DNA of 63,363 nt, filler included, from Octopus bimaculoides (taxonomy: Eukaryota), in NCBI RefSeq assembly GCF_001194135.2. It is 7 parts of 6 records of this genome, joined end to end, with 100 filler letters (N's around TTAATTAATTAA, not from the genome) between each part and the next. Parts side by side here need not be neighbours in the genome. Positions count along the whole stretch, not along the records: positions 1 to 28,925 come from NC_068982.1; positions 29,026 to 41,525 come from NC_069001.1; 5 more parts are not named here. One strand, given 5' to 3'. The notes under the pieces were generated by a model, which worked only from the letters and a program-made list of their open reading frames with translations, was not told the origin of the DNA and did no database searches. Both the position numbers and the translations under genes were made by a program. Below are positions 26,020 through 38,249 of this stretch, piece by piece. Position 1 is the stretch's first letter; each line of letters begins with the position of its first letter.

Positions 26020-27960
26020 ACATGAACTTCCTACGTAAAACTAGCCATTAGCAAAGTATTATTTCTCAAGATGCAGTCTAGAAATGCCAATGTTTGCCTT
26101 TGGGATTTATTGATTGAGATGGTAAAGGTTAGGTGAAGTCTCCTAAATCAAACGGACACATCTGTTGTTGTGAATAGAATTGTAAGTTTAATTGCATCCT
26201 CTTCTTTAGTGCATTCATTGAAATTAAAAGTCTTGGTGACATGTGCCATTAGTTTCTTAACAATTTGTCTTGGGCCACTGCATAGCTGCAGCTGATAAAA
26301 TTTTACTGCAGCATTATTGGGGATATTGTTTTAGTTGACGCATGTTGGGCGGTAAATCTGAAGGTCACAATAAATTTCAAAATTCTACAGGATAGTGAAC
26401 TATTTCTTCGTGATCCACAACGCATCTTTAGCTATTACCACTTCCTAAAAATACCCACAATATCTGCCACTTTTGGAGTAGTTGATGATGTTGCAGGTTG
26501 AGAAACGCCTTCGATATTCACTTGCCTGCTATTTTGTCAGAACTTCCAAAAGGAAATATTCCTTCAATAACTCGTATCAAGTTTTTGGAAAAATGGCCAG
26601 ATAGTTGATTTCTGAAAGCTTGAAAATGTAGAAAAGTCTTTAGATTTTAACTTTAGTACAAGGCGATGATGATTTAAAGCAAGGACGGAATTCATAGGCT
26701 TTTGTTCCTTCATTAGCTGAAACTGATTGAAGGCAGTTGACAATAAGGTTGCCACTCTTTCCGTTTGCGATACATTGTCACGTAAGTTCTTAATTGTCCT
26801 GTTCAGGGCCTTCAGAGTTACCTTGTGGTTCATTATGTATTCTACTCAGATAGTTATTTTGTATTTTTCAAAACTTTGTCTGGTTCCCGAATTCTTGGCA
26901 ATGTTGCAAAAAGGTACGTCGTTTGTGCTCAAGTTCAAAAGGAATTTGAAAGTAGACTGTGCTATGCAGTCTCCACTCACTGGAAGGAATGCAGCTGGAA
27001 TACCTGAAGAAGAAACATTAGCTGCTCATTTACCCATTTATGTTGACGGACTTTGGCAAGCAGTAACTGATTAAGAATGTCTTTCTAGTTCCACTCGGAG
27101 TGTCAAGGAAGCAAATTCCAGCCTCTTTCTGCCGATCCCTGTTAAAAATAGTCGAATAGACTGCCGTCTAGTGTCTTTAGTGAGTATCTTTTTTTTCTTT
27201 CTTTTTTATAGTTTCATCTCAGAGCTGCGGCCATGCTGATGCACCGCCGTTAAAATTTTAGTAAGACCCCTTAATGCAGACCCTGGGTAGGATTGAACCC
27301 TGCCAGGATGTTCAGTGTGGCTGTCTAATTATGTCTCTACTCACAAGACCACCAAGACACCCAACTTAAACATTTACCCAAGGTGCCACGCAGTGGGACT
27401 GAACCTGGACCCATGTAGTTGGGAAGCAAGCTTCTTACCACACAGCCACGCCTGTATCAGTATGATGTAATGATTCTGTAGCTAGATGACTGTTTTCAAT
27501 GTAGTTAGGTTGAGACAGGTCATATTTTCCAACTTCTTGGCTATTTATAACCTTGACATTGTCGATGAGGGTTACGTCGTAGATTTTATCTATACCCTAT
27601 TTTCATAACGGATAATCTATTGCGTTTAATGCTTGAAGTGTTTGGCAAGCTCATCACCGAGATAGTTGAGCCAAGGCTGACTGGATGGTTCGCAGACTCT
27701 TGGCTCTTTGAAATACACATGCGTCTGACTATCTTGCATCCCACTGGAAATCATTCTCCACAAATCCTGTGTAAAGTATATCTCTCTCTGCGGGGGATGC
27801 AAACATTGACTTTTTGAACACCTTAAAATTAACTTGAATCACGCACTTTATGGGGAAGATGTCTTACGAAAAAGCATTCATGTTGAATGTCATGTACTGC
27901 ATACTCTCTTCCTATGGCACTGTTCAAACTTTCATTACTGTGGTATGAAGGTTGAGTCAC
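26020..27960 (-). mobile_element. Helitron Rep-helicase remnant (PIF1-like), interrupted by SINE A pieces at ~27190-27455
   Basis: Minus frames give EYAVHDIQHECFFVRHL, GFVENDFQWDA, FLDTPSGTRKTFLI, SSGIPAAFL, AQSTFKFLLNL, MNHKVTLKALNRTIKNLR and VHYPVEF: recognisable Helitron motifs in the correct order, with many stops. Confidence 0.85.
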
Positions 27961-27990
27961 GATAAAGGAATTAAGTTTAATCAAACTATG

Positions 27991-28041
<51 letters not shown>

Positions 28042-28146
28042 TCATGTCTATCTATTCGTACGTGTCTGTGTCTATGTATGTGTGTGTATATGTGTATATT
28101 GTGTAATATTTATGTATATGTCTCTTACATTCATATATCACCTGTA

Positions 28147-28201
<55 letters not shown>

Positions 28202-28639
28202 GAACACACAAACAAATACATGTACATATACACACACATGCGCATATATATTATAGATCGTTGTGCTATGTTTATACGATGCATGAATGTTTTTGTCGAC
28301 ATGTGATGAAGCAATATTGAGGGTTAAATGAAAACATAAACCTGCATAATTTGTTTATAGATAAATACAAATCTATGCACACACACACAAATATACACCA
28401 GCGACGACACGTATCTGCAAATGTGTTTCTTTTTTTTAGATTTATGGAAAATGTCCGCAAACGGATATAATATATAATTTCTCATAACTAATGATAATGT
28501 GAAAATATTGATATTTAAATATTGTGTTTTAATTTGCTTATATCTACTTAAACAAACAGAGTCACTGCATAGATTTGCACGTTGGGCTCCACCCATTTGC
28601 GCCGACACCTCGAAAGAAGATATCGCTCGAAATATTGCA

Positions 28640-28925
28640 TACTAGCAGTATAACCCGGCGCTGCTCGGGATTAAGCTAGGATTATTAAATGATTAAAATA
28701 AGTAACATCGACATCAGATTTGAGCGAAATTCGTTGAAATTGGTTTGGCTGAAAATGGTTTGCTGGCAATTTGATTGGGAAATCCCATAAGGAATCAGTT
28801 TATTGGTTATTTTCACTTATTGACTCTTTTTTTAAATGTTGCATTAGAGATCTGCATAGGAGAAGGTTGATCTGAAGGTTTGCATTGGGGATCTGGATTG
28901 GAGTAACTTAGGAAAGCTTACCAAC
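28640..28925 (+). mobile_element. Possible non-autonomous Helitron-like terminus
   Basis: ACTAGCAGTATAACCCGGCGCTGCTCGGG resembles the ACTAG + CCCG..CGGG terminal hairpin of non-autonomous Helitron-like repeats; truncated by a linker. Confidence 0.4.
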
Positions 28926-29025
28926 NNNNNNNNNNNNNNNNNNNNNNNNNNNNNNNNNNNNNNNNNNNNTTAATTAATTAANNNNNNNNNNNNNNNNNNN
29001 NNNNNNNNNNNNNNNNNNNNNNNNN
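28926..29025. other. Artificial 100-nt scaffold spacer N44-TTAATTAATTAA-N44 (also 41526-41625, 45973-46072, 56125-56224, 59517-59616, 62050-62149)
   Basis: Identical structure six times. The 12-mer is palindromic with TAA in all six frames. Confidence 0.95.
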
Positions 29026-29060
29026 CTCTTTTGAATATGAAAATTTAAAAGTTTAAAAAT

Positions 29061-29117
<57 letters not shown>

Positions 29118-29204
29118 ATCTGTGTATATATATGTGTGTGTGTATGTGCATATATATATGTGTGTGTATGTGTGTGTGTAAGTATATTTATGTGTGTGTG
29201 TGAA

Positions 29205-29610
29205 TAGGTGCAGCTGTGTCTGTGTAGCAAGAAGTTTACTTCCTGACCACATGGTCTAGAATTCAGTCCCAGTGTACAGGCGTCTTCTACTACAGCCTTG
29301 GACTAAACATTGTGAGTGGATTTCATAGGCAAAACCTATGTGGAAACCCACGGTAGATGTGTGTGTGTGTGTGTGCATGCGCATGCGAATACATTTGTCA
29401 TTGTTTTTCTCCCTCCTGCTTGACAACTGGTGTTGCAAACATTACATTCCCATAATTTTGTGATTTGGGAAAAGAGTCCAACAGAATAGCTATCAGACTA
29501 TAAAACAGAAGTGCTGTGATTGATTTGTCTGAGTAAACCTTTCAAAGCAATGCCCCAGCATTGGCACACTCCAATGATTGAAAGAAGTAAAAGTTGGAAA
29601 AAAGAAAAAA
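29205..29610 (+). mobile_element. Old SINE family A copy
   Basis: Diverged match to 5330-5743. Confidence 0.7.
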
Positions 29611-30569
29611 AGATTTTCATGGAACATGACACATTCAATAAAGCCAGTGTGACTGAAGAAATGGGGCTGTGAGCTAGATTTAACTGTCAGGCCATTGTTT
29701 GCTGACCTTTGTTCTTGGAAGTATAGCATCTCAGTCTAGTAGGAAACCATACAGGTCACACCTGAAATATGATGCTTTGTTGTATGTGATACAGTATAGA
29801 AGTCTGCTCTCCTGTCTGGCTTTTGTATATATACAGGTTCTGGTGCTGATCACACATAAATTAGGTAGACTCAATCAGGAGACGACAATTGTTATTGATT
29901 TTCAGGTGTAGAATAAAAAAGGATTGTGACGATTGCTTCTTATCACAGAAACAGGCTTTGGCCTTCAAAACTTCAGATGTGGTTTTTTTTATGTATATTT
30001 TTAATATTTTCTCTTTGTTGTGTAAGTCATTTGTTTTTAGTATGTGATGATGTGAAATATTCTGTTTGTGTTCTTTGTAATTTGTTAAAGGAGAGATTAA
30101 TGGCCCAAGAAGGACTGACATAATTCATGATCAATCTAATATATTGCTTGTACAATATTCTCGTTATTTCTTTGTACTTTCCAAATCCAGTTCCTGTTAG
30201 TGCTCTTAGTATATACAGACATTGCTTTTCTTTCTTCATATATATATATATATATATACACATACATACACACACACTGAATGTTGTATACATTATGTAT
30301 GTAATGCCAACTACTTTATTATTCTGTGTATATATGTTTATGTTGTGAAGTGTGATGCTCAGTCATGTTTGATGTTCTCTGGTTTTCTGGTCCAGAAACA
30401 GTAATGTATGTTAGGTTTGACTAGTCTTACTTTAAACTTATTTCAGCTTGATATAGGGATGGAATATTTGTACAGATGGTTCTAAATTACGGTGGGAGGA
30501 AACACCTGTAATGTCAACTATGCATGAAGTTGTATGTATGACTTGTGGATGAGTAAATAGGACCACCAC

Positions 30570-31280
30570 CACCAATACTCCCACCATCATTATCATCATC
30601 ATCAATTAACATCCATTTTCCATGCTGGCAGTGGAGGCACATGGCTTAGTGGTTAGGGTGTCAGCATCATGATTGTAAGACTGTAGTTTCGAGTCCTGGA
30701 CCGGGCGACGTGTTGTGTTCTTGAGCAAAACATTTCATTTCCCATTGCTCCAGTTCACTCAGCTGTCAAAAATGAGTAACGCTGCGATGGACTGGTGTCC
30801 CGTCCAGCTGGGGAACACATGCACCATTGAAACTGGTAAACTGGGACCATGAGCCTGGCTAGGCTTTAAAAGGGTGCATTATTTTTTTTCCATGCTGGCA
30901 TGGGTTGGACAGTTTGACCAAGACTGGTTTGACTAGCAGGGACATGCCAGGACCCATTGTCTGTTCTGGTGTGGTTTCTACAGCTGGATGCCCTTCCTAG
31001 TACCAACAAGTCCACAGAGTGTACTTGGTGCTTTTTATGTGGCACCAGCACCAGTATCAATTCTGCTGTGGTGGATGGGTCTTCTTAAGTACAGCGAGGC
31101 ACCAGATATCTCAGTCCTTTCTCATCTCCTTCGTAAAGCTTAATGTCTTGAGATTGGCCTTCAGTATTTCATCCCATGTTTTCCTGGGTTTCCCTCTTCC
31201 GCAAGTTCCATCCACTTCAAGTGATTGGCAACTGTCTCTATCCATACACATCACATGAGTAAACCAGTGCAATCTCTTCT
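30570..31280 (-). mobile_element. RTE-clade LINE 3' end with (CAT)n/(ATG)n tail
   Basis: Minus-strand remnant of the RTE C-terminal GRGRPRKTW motif (plus strand CCCATGTTTTCCTGGGTTTCCCTCTTCC), CCAGCATGGAAAA tail motif and ATG repeats. Confidence 0.75.
30631..30885 (+). mobile_element. tRNA-SINE family D inserted into the RTE tail, 15-bp TSD
   Basis: TSD TTTTCCATGCTGGCA 30616-30630 / 30886-30900. tRNA head, then GTGTTCTTGAGCAA and CTGCGATGGACTGGTGTCCCGTCCAG central motifs. Confidence 0.85.
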
Positions 31281-31458
31281 CTTGCACACAAATATAGACA
31301 GATGTTAAGACAAGAGTGTGAAATTACTTATCTTTATGATATATCTTTCGAGAAGTGCAGATTCTAAATATTAGGATTTTATCTTCATAATATTAGTGAC
31401 TTGTGATAGGGGCCTCTAGTCAAATACTATTTTATGTTGTTATTGTCATTGCTGTTGT

Positions 31459-31682
31459 TTAATCCTTTAGCATTTAAGCCAGTTATATCCAGCTAAAATA
31501 TTCTACCTGTTTTACCTTCAGATCAGATAGCTGTGGCCTCTCACACCTACCATCTAAATCTATTTTTAAAATAACCACATAATCGAAATCTCAAAGCTAT
31601 GAGATAATGCATGATTAAATCAAAACAATGAGAATACATAAGCATTACATTTGACCGAATAATCTGAATGCTAAAGGGTTAA
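31459..31682. mobile_element. piggyBac-like MITE
   Basis: TTAA at both ends; TIR TCCTTTAGCATT / AATGCTAAAGGG. Confidence 0.75.
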
Positions 31683-31844
31683 CCCATAGTCAAATCTGAT
31701 TGAGCAAACCTATACCCAAAGACATCCAAGCTGTAGCCATCTCATTTTTTAGGAGTGAGAATAGCTCTGCTTTATCTAATATACTCACATTTACTTTGTT
31801 TAGTACAATGGTTATCTGCTCTTTGTTTACAAGTGAGTACTGAT

Positions 31845-32055
31845 TTCAAATTTTGGCACTAGGCCAGCAATTTTGGAGGAGGGGATAAGTTGATTACGCT
31901 GATCCCAGTGTTCAATTAGTGCTTAATTTATTGGCCCCAAAAGGTTGAAAGGCAAAGTCAACCTTAGCGGAATTTGAACTCAGACTGTAGAGATGGACAA
32001 AATGCTGCTGAGCATTTTGCCCAGCACAGTAATGATTCAGCCAGCTTGCTGCCAT
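31845..32055 (-). mobile_element. SINE family C copy
   Basis: Reverse match to family C (GAAAGGCAAAGTCAACCT..GGAATTTGAACTC). Confidence 0.75.
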
Positions 32056-32160
32056 GAAGAACAAAGTCAGATACTTTACAAAGGTTGATGGATGTCAAGG
32101 TGAGGCATTTAGTGTTTCTTTGTTGGCAGAGTTTCTGAAGTATTCTTGCATATTGGGTTG

Positions 32161-32253
32161 TTAGATAAATTCATTTGTTTTTTTTTGTTTTTTGATGGTG
32201 GTGGTGGTGAGGTTTGGTGGTGGGGTTTCTACTTGCACTTTCTCATCACACGT
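32161..32253 (-). CDS. Candidate terminal coding exon of an unidentified host gene (TCDEKVQVETPPPNLTTTTIKKQKKTNEFI*)
   Basis: Strong acceptor TTTTACCTCTTTCCAG; phase 0 matches the exon at 33448-33588. No homology recognised. Confidence 0.35.
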   Translation of the reverse strand, partial: TCDEKVQVETPPPNLTTTTIKKQKKTNEFI

Positions 32254-33447
32254 CTGGAAAGAGGTAAAATTTATTCAAATTTAAAAAACTATAAACAAAT
32301 GTTATAGAGGAAGAATAGAACAAAAAACAAAATGAATAAAACACTTTCTTTTATCTGTTCCGGTTATTAAACTGAAGTCATGCTGGAGCATTGCCTTCAA
32401 AATCTTTTAGTCAAAAGAATTGAGTAATCGCTGTTTAATCCTTGGTCAGCCCATACCCAGCTGATCTATGGCCAATGATCAAAGATCCTCAGGTTCTTAA
32501 TTATTCCACCATTTTTTAGATGTAGAGTAACTAAGATTGCATTATCTGATGGTTCTTGTTTTAGCATGACAGAGGTGATGACTTAAAGGAAATTAGTAAG
32601 TTATTTCTAGCAAGTCAAGTAACTATGCTGAGTCTCTCTTCTTCTCTTCCTCCTGTTCTCTCTCTCTCTCTCTCTCTCTCTCACTCACACATTACTAATC
32701 ATGTGTTTAATTGAAATTACTGCTGATTGCAGTAATTTCTTTTGAAAATGTTTTATGTCTATGTGTTTTGTAAAATCCTGAAATTTGGGGGTTTTTAAAT
32801 TACCATATTACATTTCAGTTCTTTGAGAAAGAGGAACGAAGGTCATGATCTGAATGAAATTTCTGTATCTGGTAGTTTGTGTTTCAGCCTTTTTTTCTTT
32901 TTTTTTTTTCATGAAAGAACAGCTTTCGGGAGTGGGGGTGGGGGGAATGTTTCATAATGAAGTTTGATTACTGTTGGAGCAGGGATATGTTACCTCAGGT
33001 ACATATCGTGACATTTGATGCCATGTGGCCGTTGGTAGAGTCTCTCAATATTACTAATTACTTTTTTCTAATACTTTTCTGTTTCATTTTCTGGCTTATG
33101 TCGGGTACAAATGCTCGCCAGCAATCTGCTCCACTTTCTTAAATCTATTTAAATTTCATATTGTTTGCTTTTTTAATGCAAAGTTTTTATATCTTTGTTG
33201 TGTGTATAATTTGTATATTGTATATACAGCTGTTTCTTTTATGTTGGTTGGCTATTTCAGTTATGTAATTGGGGTTATATACATGTATACACACGCACAC
33301 ATATATATCATATATTTTGTTGTATATTACACACACACACATCATATTTGTTGTTGTGTATTTGTATATTATATATACGAGTGTGTGTGTGTTGTTGTAT
33401 ATGGTTTTTCTGGAAGCTGATTTAATTATCTTCTTTCATGTACATAC

Positions 33448-33588
33448 TACATTATCAATGTTGAGGATTTGGATAGTCTTGAATTCTGCAAACTTCAATT
33501 CCATCTCTTCATGGAATTGATTCACCAAGTTTTCGTAAAAGTGATTTTGTTTACAGAATTGATGTGCAAACCCGCTGTGTTGATGATG
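33448..33588 (-). CDS. Candidate internal coding exon (HHQHSGFAHQFCKQNHFYENLVNQFHEEMELKFAEFKTIQILNIDNV)
   Basis: Branch-like CTAAC plus T8 tract plus TAG acceptor; GTATGT donor; 141 nt with a single open frame, phase 0-0; lies in non-repeat sequence. Confidence 0.45.
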
Positions 33589-34100
33589 CTAATTGTCAAA
33601 AAAAAGTAGTTAGAATTTAGAAGAGAGAGATTTCTTGCCAGGTGTTAGTAACAGCTAGGTGTATAGAGAAAACTTGATGTCTGGGTAGGTGTTACAACAG
33701 TTAATTTTTTAGGAACAAGGGTGTGTTGATATGATTGTTTTATACTGTTTTATATTGTTCTTGTGTTATCTGTAGAGTTTGTTTTGGTTTGCTTGTTTTT
33801 GTTTTACCAGCATGGCATGGCTATTAGGAAGCTCACTTTGCAGCCATATGGTTTTCATTTCAATCTCACTGCTGGGTACCTTAGACAAGTGTCTTTTTTT
33901 TTATTTTACTGTATGCACAAGCTTATAATTGTCTTATGAGTGAATTTGACTTGATAGGAAAATATATTGTGTATATATANNNNNNNNNNNNNNNNNNNNN
34001 NNNNNNNNNNNNNNNNNNNNNNNNNNNNNNNNNNNNNNNNNNNNNNNNNNNNNNNNNNNNNNNNNNNNNNNNNNNNNNNTATTATGTAAATAGAGGAATT

Positions 34101-34304
34101 TATCTGTAAAAATATGTGACAATTATTCAATAGCCATGATAAAACTCCAAGTTTTGGATGCCGGGGAGGAAACCAATGCCGCTATCTCTTCAGTTATCCG
34201 GCCAGATAACTAAAGAGATGGCAGCGCGGGGGTTTCCGCTCCGGCATCTGAAACTCAGAGTTTTATCATGGCTACAGAATAATTGTCACATATATTTACA
34301 GATA
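34101..34304. repeat. ~100-bp-arm imperfect palindrome (fold-back MITE-like)
   Basis: TATCTGTAAA..TAGCCATGATAAAACTC...AGTTATC-CGGCCA-GATAACT...GAGTTTTATCATGGCTA..TTTACAGATA. Confidence 0.85.
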
Positions 34305-34669
34305 TATATATTAATAATTAGCAGAAGCAACAAAGTGACTCAAAGTCTAAGAATTTTGAGTGTCTAGTTTGATAAGTGCCGATGTACAAAACTCTTGGAC
34401 CTCGAATAACTTTGTTGCTTCTGCTAAATATTAATAAAAATGATAAAAATATACATATATTCATACATATATATATATATATACATTGTACTTCTTTTGC
34501 TGATCTATATATCTATATCTTTAATTCTTTTACTTGTTTCAATCATTAGTCTGTGGCCATGCTGGGGCACTGCCCTGAAGAATTTTCAGTGAAATGAATC
34601 AACCACAGCATTTTTCTTTTTAAGCCTGGTACTTATTCCATTGGTCTCAATTGCTGAACCACTAAGTTT

Positions 34670-34980
34670 CCATCCTGGTAACCAATTACTTGGCAGATAT
34701 GGACACCATAACCGTTCCTGAACTTCCCCAGAGTCCACACCTTGCTCCTAATGATTTTTGGTTGCTTCCCAAGCTGAAGGAGAAAATGAAGGAGTCTGTG
34801 ATGGGGATTCGAGGCACCTTTGCTTTTGAGGTGTTCCATAGGGCCTTCACAAAGAGCCTGGAGCAATTCAACAGGTGCATTGATGTCCAAGGATCCTATG
34901 TTGAAGGTAACTAGAGTTGCACCTCTTTGAAATTAATTTCTCTACAAAAAAAATCTCAAAACTTCTGGAATGTATCTTCT
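34670..34980 (+). mobile_element. Mariner C-terminal remnant
   Basis: ELPQSPHLAPNDFWLLPKLKEK...RCIDVQGSYVEGN* (decayed PPYSPDLAPxDF motif). Confidence 0.75.
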
Positions 34981-35269
34981 GTGTGTGTGTGTGTATGTGT
35001 GCCCCCCCCCCCCNNNNNNNNNNNNNNNNNNNNNNNNNNNNNNNNNNNNNNNNNNNNNNNNNNNNNNNNNNNNNNNNNNNNNNNNNNNNNNNNNNNNNNN
35101 NNNNNNNNNNNNNNNNNNNNNNNNNNNNNNNNNNNNNNNNNNNNNNNNNNNNNNNNNNNNNNNNNNNNNNNNNNNNNNNNNNNNNNNNNNNNNNNNNNNN
35201 NNNNNNNNNNNNNNNNNNNNNNNNNNNNNNNNNNNNNNNNNNNNNNNNNNNNNNNNNNNNNNNNNNNNN

Positions 35270-35315
<46 letters not shown>

Positions 35316-35330
35316 GAGTAATAGTAGAGA

Positions 35331-35472
35331 TACAGGTGTCAATCCATTATGGCCATTTCTAACAACTCCTTTTATTGATTAATGAAAACGTTACATCATT
35401 GTAAAGAAACCATTTCATCAGATGAATTCATGAACTTCAATTTGAAACAACCATAATGAATTCACACCTGTA
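35331..35472. mobile_element. Tc1-like MITE
   Basis: 22-bp TIR TACAGGTGTCAATCCATTATGG / CCATAATGAATTCACACCTGTA (20/22), TA termini. Confidence 0.8.
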
Positions 35473-36344
35473 CCTCTACTGTAACTCATATTTTATTCAC
35501 CTGTTTCAGAATCTGCCTGTTGTAAATATTATGGACCGTATACTTAATATAAAGTACATGTCTGAATAATTCAAGAGTGGATTTCTTCACTCAGCTGCAT
35601 CCAATTGTCTACATACACTGCAAGAATATCATTCAACCAATACTTATATACTAAGTTTGATATTTACTTAACATTGTGTGTACATCATTCTGACCTAATG
35701 AGGTACCTCAATTTAAGTACCTAATTCATCTGAATCTTACTTATATTTTATATATATACTCTTTTACTTGTTTCAGTCATTTGACTGCAGCCATGCTAGA
35801 GCACTGTCTTTAGTCGAACAAATCAAACCCAGGATTTATTCTTTGTAAGCCTAGTACTTACTTTATCAGTGTCTTTTGCTGAACAACTCAGTTACGGGGA
35901 TGTAAACAGGCCAACATTGGTTGTGAAGCAATGGGGGTGGGACAGACACAGACACACAAATACATACATACAAATATACATATATACATACATACATATA
36001 TATATGTTTAAGCAGATATGTCTCTCTGATGAAGCATCATTACATATTTAAACAGATTTGATTATTCTTGAAAAACTTTGTTTTATTAATGAAGTTGAAG
36101 CAGCTGTAATTTATGAGATATGTCGTTTGTATAAAATATCTGAATTGAATTGAATTTATAATTGTTCAATTTATTATTTTGTTTTCCATTTCTTATTTAT
36201 ATATTAATAAACTGTATGTTTATTTTCTGTTTACCTATTGGAATAAAATTGTTATTGATATAGGTAATATAAACCAGTAAATTCTTTGGATATTTAATAT
36301 CCCTTAGGTGTATTTTTCACCTAGCTAAATTGTTATAAACATAA

Positions 36345-36487
36345 TATAGGGATCAGCAAAAGTTGCTTCACCAACATACATATTCTCGCTATCCATTGGA
36401 GACTTAATTGTAGTTAGAATTAATAGTTTTAATTGCTAATTCTAAATTTTCAGTATGTTGGTGAAGCAACTTTTGCTGATCCCTATA
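36345..36487. mobile_element. MITE with perfect 35-bp TIRs
   Basis: TATAGGGATCAGCAAAAGTTGCTTCACCAACATAC and its exact reverse complement. A related left end lies at ~56030-56070. Confidence 0.85.
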
Positions 36488-36671
36488 TTATGTGTATATA
36501 TATATATATATATATATAGACGGGCTTNNNNNNNNNNNNNNNNNNNNNNNNNNNNNNNNNNNNNNNNNNNNNNNNNNNNNNNNNNNNTTGCTAATTCTAA
36601 ATTTTCAGTATGTTGGTGAAGCAACTTTTGCTGATCCCTATATTATGTGTATATATATATATATATATATA

Positions 36672-37130
36672 TAGACGGGCTTCTTTCAGTTTCCATCTAC
36701 AAAATCCACACACAAGGCTTTGGTCAGTCCAAGGCTATAGGAGAAGACACTTATCCAAGTTGCCACACAGTGGGACTGAACCCAGAACTGTGTGGTTGGG
36801 AAGCAAGCTTCTTATCACACATACACACACACACACACATGTATATATACACACACATGTATATATATATGTATGTGTGTGTATGTATCTGTGGGTATGT
36901 CTTTGTGTTTGGTTTGTCTTCCACCAGCACCACCACCACCACTTGACAACCAGTGCTAGTGTATTTGCATCCCCATAACATAGTGGTTTAACAAAAGAGA
37001 CTGATAGAATATGTACCAGGCTAAAGAAAGAAATCAGTACTGGTGTAGATTCATTCAACTAAAAACAGTTCCTGAAGATAGTGCCCCAGCATGGCCACAG
37101 TCTAATGACTGAAACAAGTAAAAGATAAAT
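36672..37130. mobile_element. SINE family A halves in opposite orientation
   Basis: 5' half on minus (36672-36830), 3' half on plus (36880-37130), joined by (CA/TA/TG)n. Confidence 0.7.
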
Positions 37131-38249
37131 GTCGAAAGATAAATACTGTTGCATTATAACGACAATAGAAATAGTCGAGTGACCACCAAGTTTCAATTAT
37201 TACCTGCTGCAGGTACTCTAAATGCTCTTGTTGAGCATTATCTCTTGAGATTTCAAGTTGATGTCAATGGAAGTTACAGTAAATTAACATCTGAAATAAA
37301 CTTCAATCTTTGGTTATTCACACTAAAGTAGTTGTTAGAAAATGTTCACTAATCGACTTCTCTGTTACAACTACTTTTCATAGAATCCTGTTTCACTGAG
37401 ATATACAGAAGTCTGGAATAATGCTTTCCAATTCTGAAATAAACTTTGTTGAGAAACCAAATTGATTTTTGCTCACTATTCTATGGTATTCTCAATGTTG
37501 GCATTGTTTCCATGGCAATAACAACACTTGGTAAATTTTTTTATCATTCATCACATTCATGTATATTATTGGAGATCATACATATAGGATCAGAGAACAC
37601 TGAGTTATAAACAAGCATCAGGCGTGGCTTTATGGTTAAATGATTCACTTCACAACTCTTTTGGATCTTGGTTTGTTCTCACTGAGAAACTTGGACAAGT
37701 GTTTGTTAACCCATATCCTTGGATGGCTATCTCTTATGAGTGTCAACTGAGAGGAGGTCCATTGTGTATGTCAGTATATATATGGTGGTGCTCTAGCATG
37801 GGCACAGTGTGTGTGTGTGTGTGTTGGCATTGCTGTGTGGTGATGGTTTCAGTCTCTTTGCATGGCACCTTGACTAAGTGTCTTTTACTCTGTCTTGATT
37901 CAAGGGTTAATCAAAGCCTTGTGAATGGATTTCATAGATGAAAACGGAAAAAGCTTCCTGTGTTTAGATAAATTCATGATTAGATAAATTCCAGTGATGT
38001 TTGCATTAAAATAAAAAAATATTTTTATCATGGTGTTTTCTTGGGGTTTTGGTTTTGTGGAACTATTCTTCTTCTTCAGCTTTTTCTTGATTTTGAAATG
38101 TGAATGAATTTTACTTCTTTTCAAATATATGATAAGGAAGCATAAATGTTTACATACTTCAGGGAAGAAAAAATTCCTTGAGTCTCACAGAGGTGATAAC
38201 AAGTGACTGAGACTTTTGGAAAACAGACTCTAAATGAAGATGGTGATGA

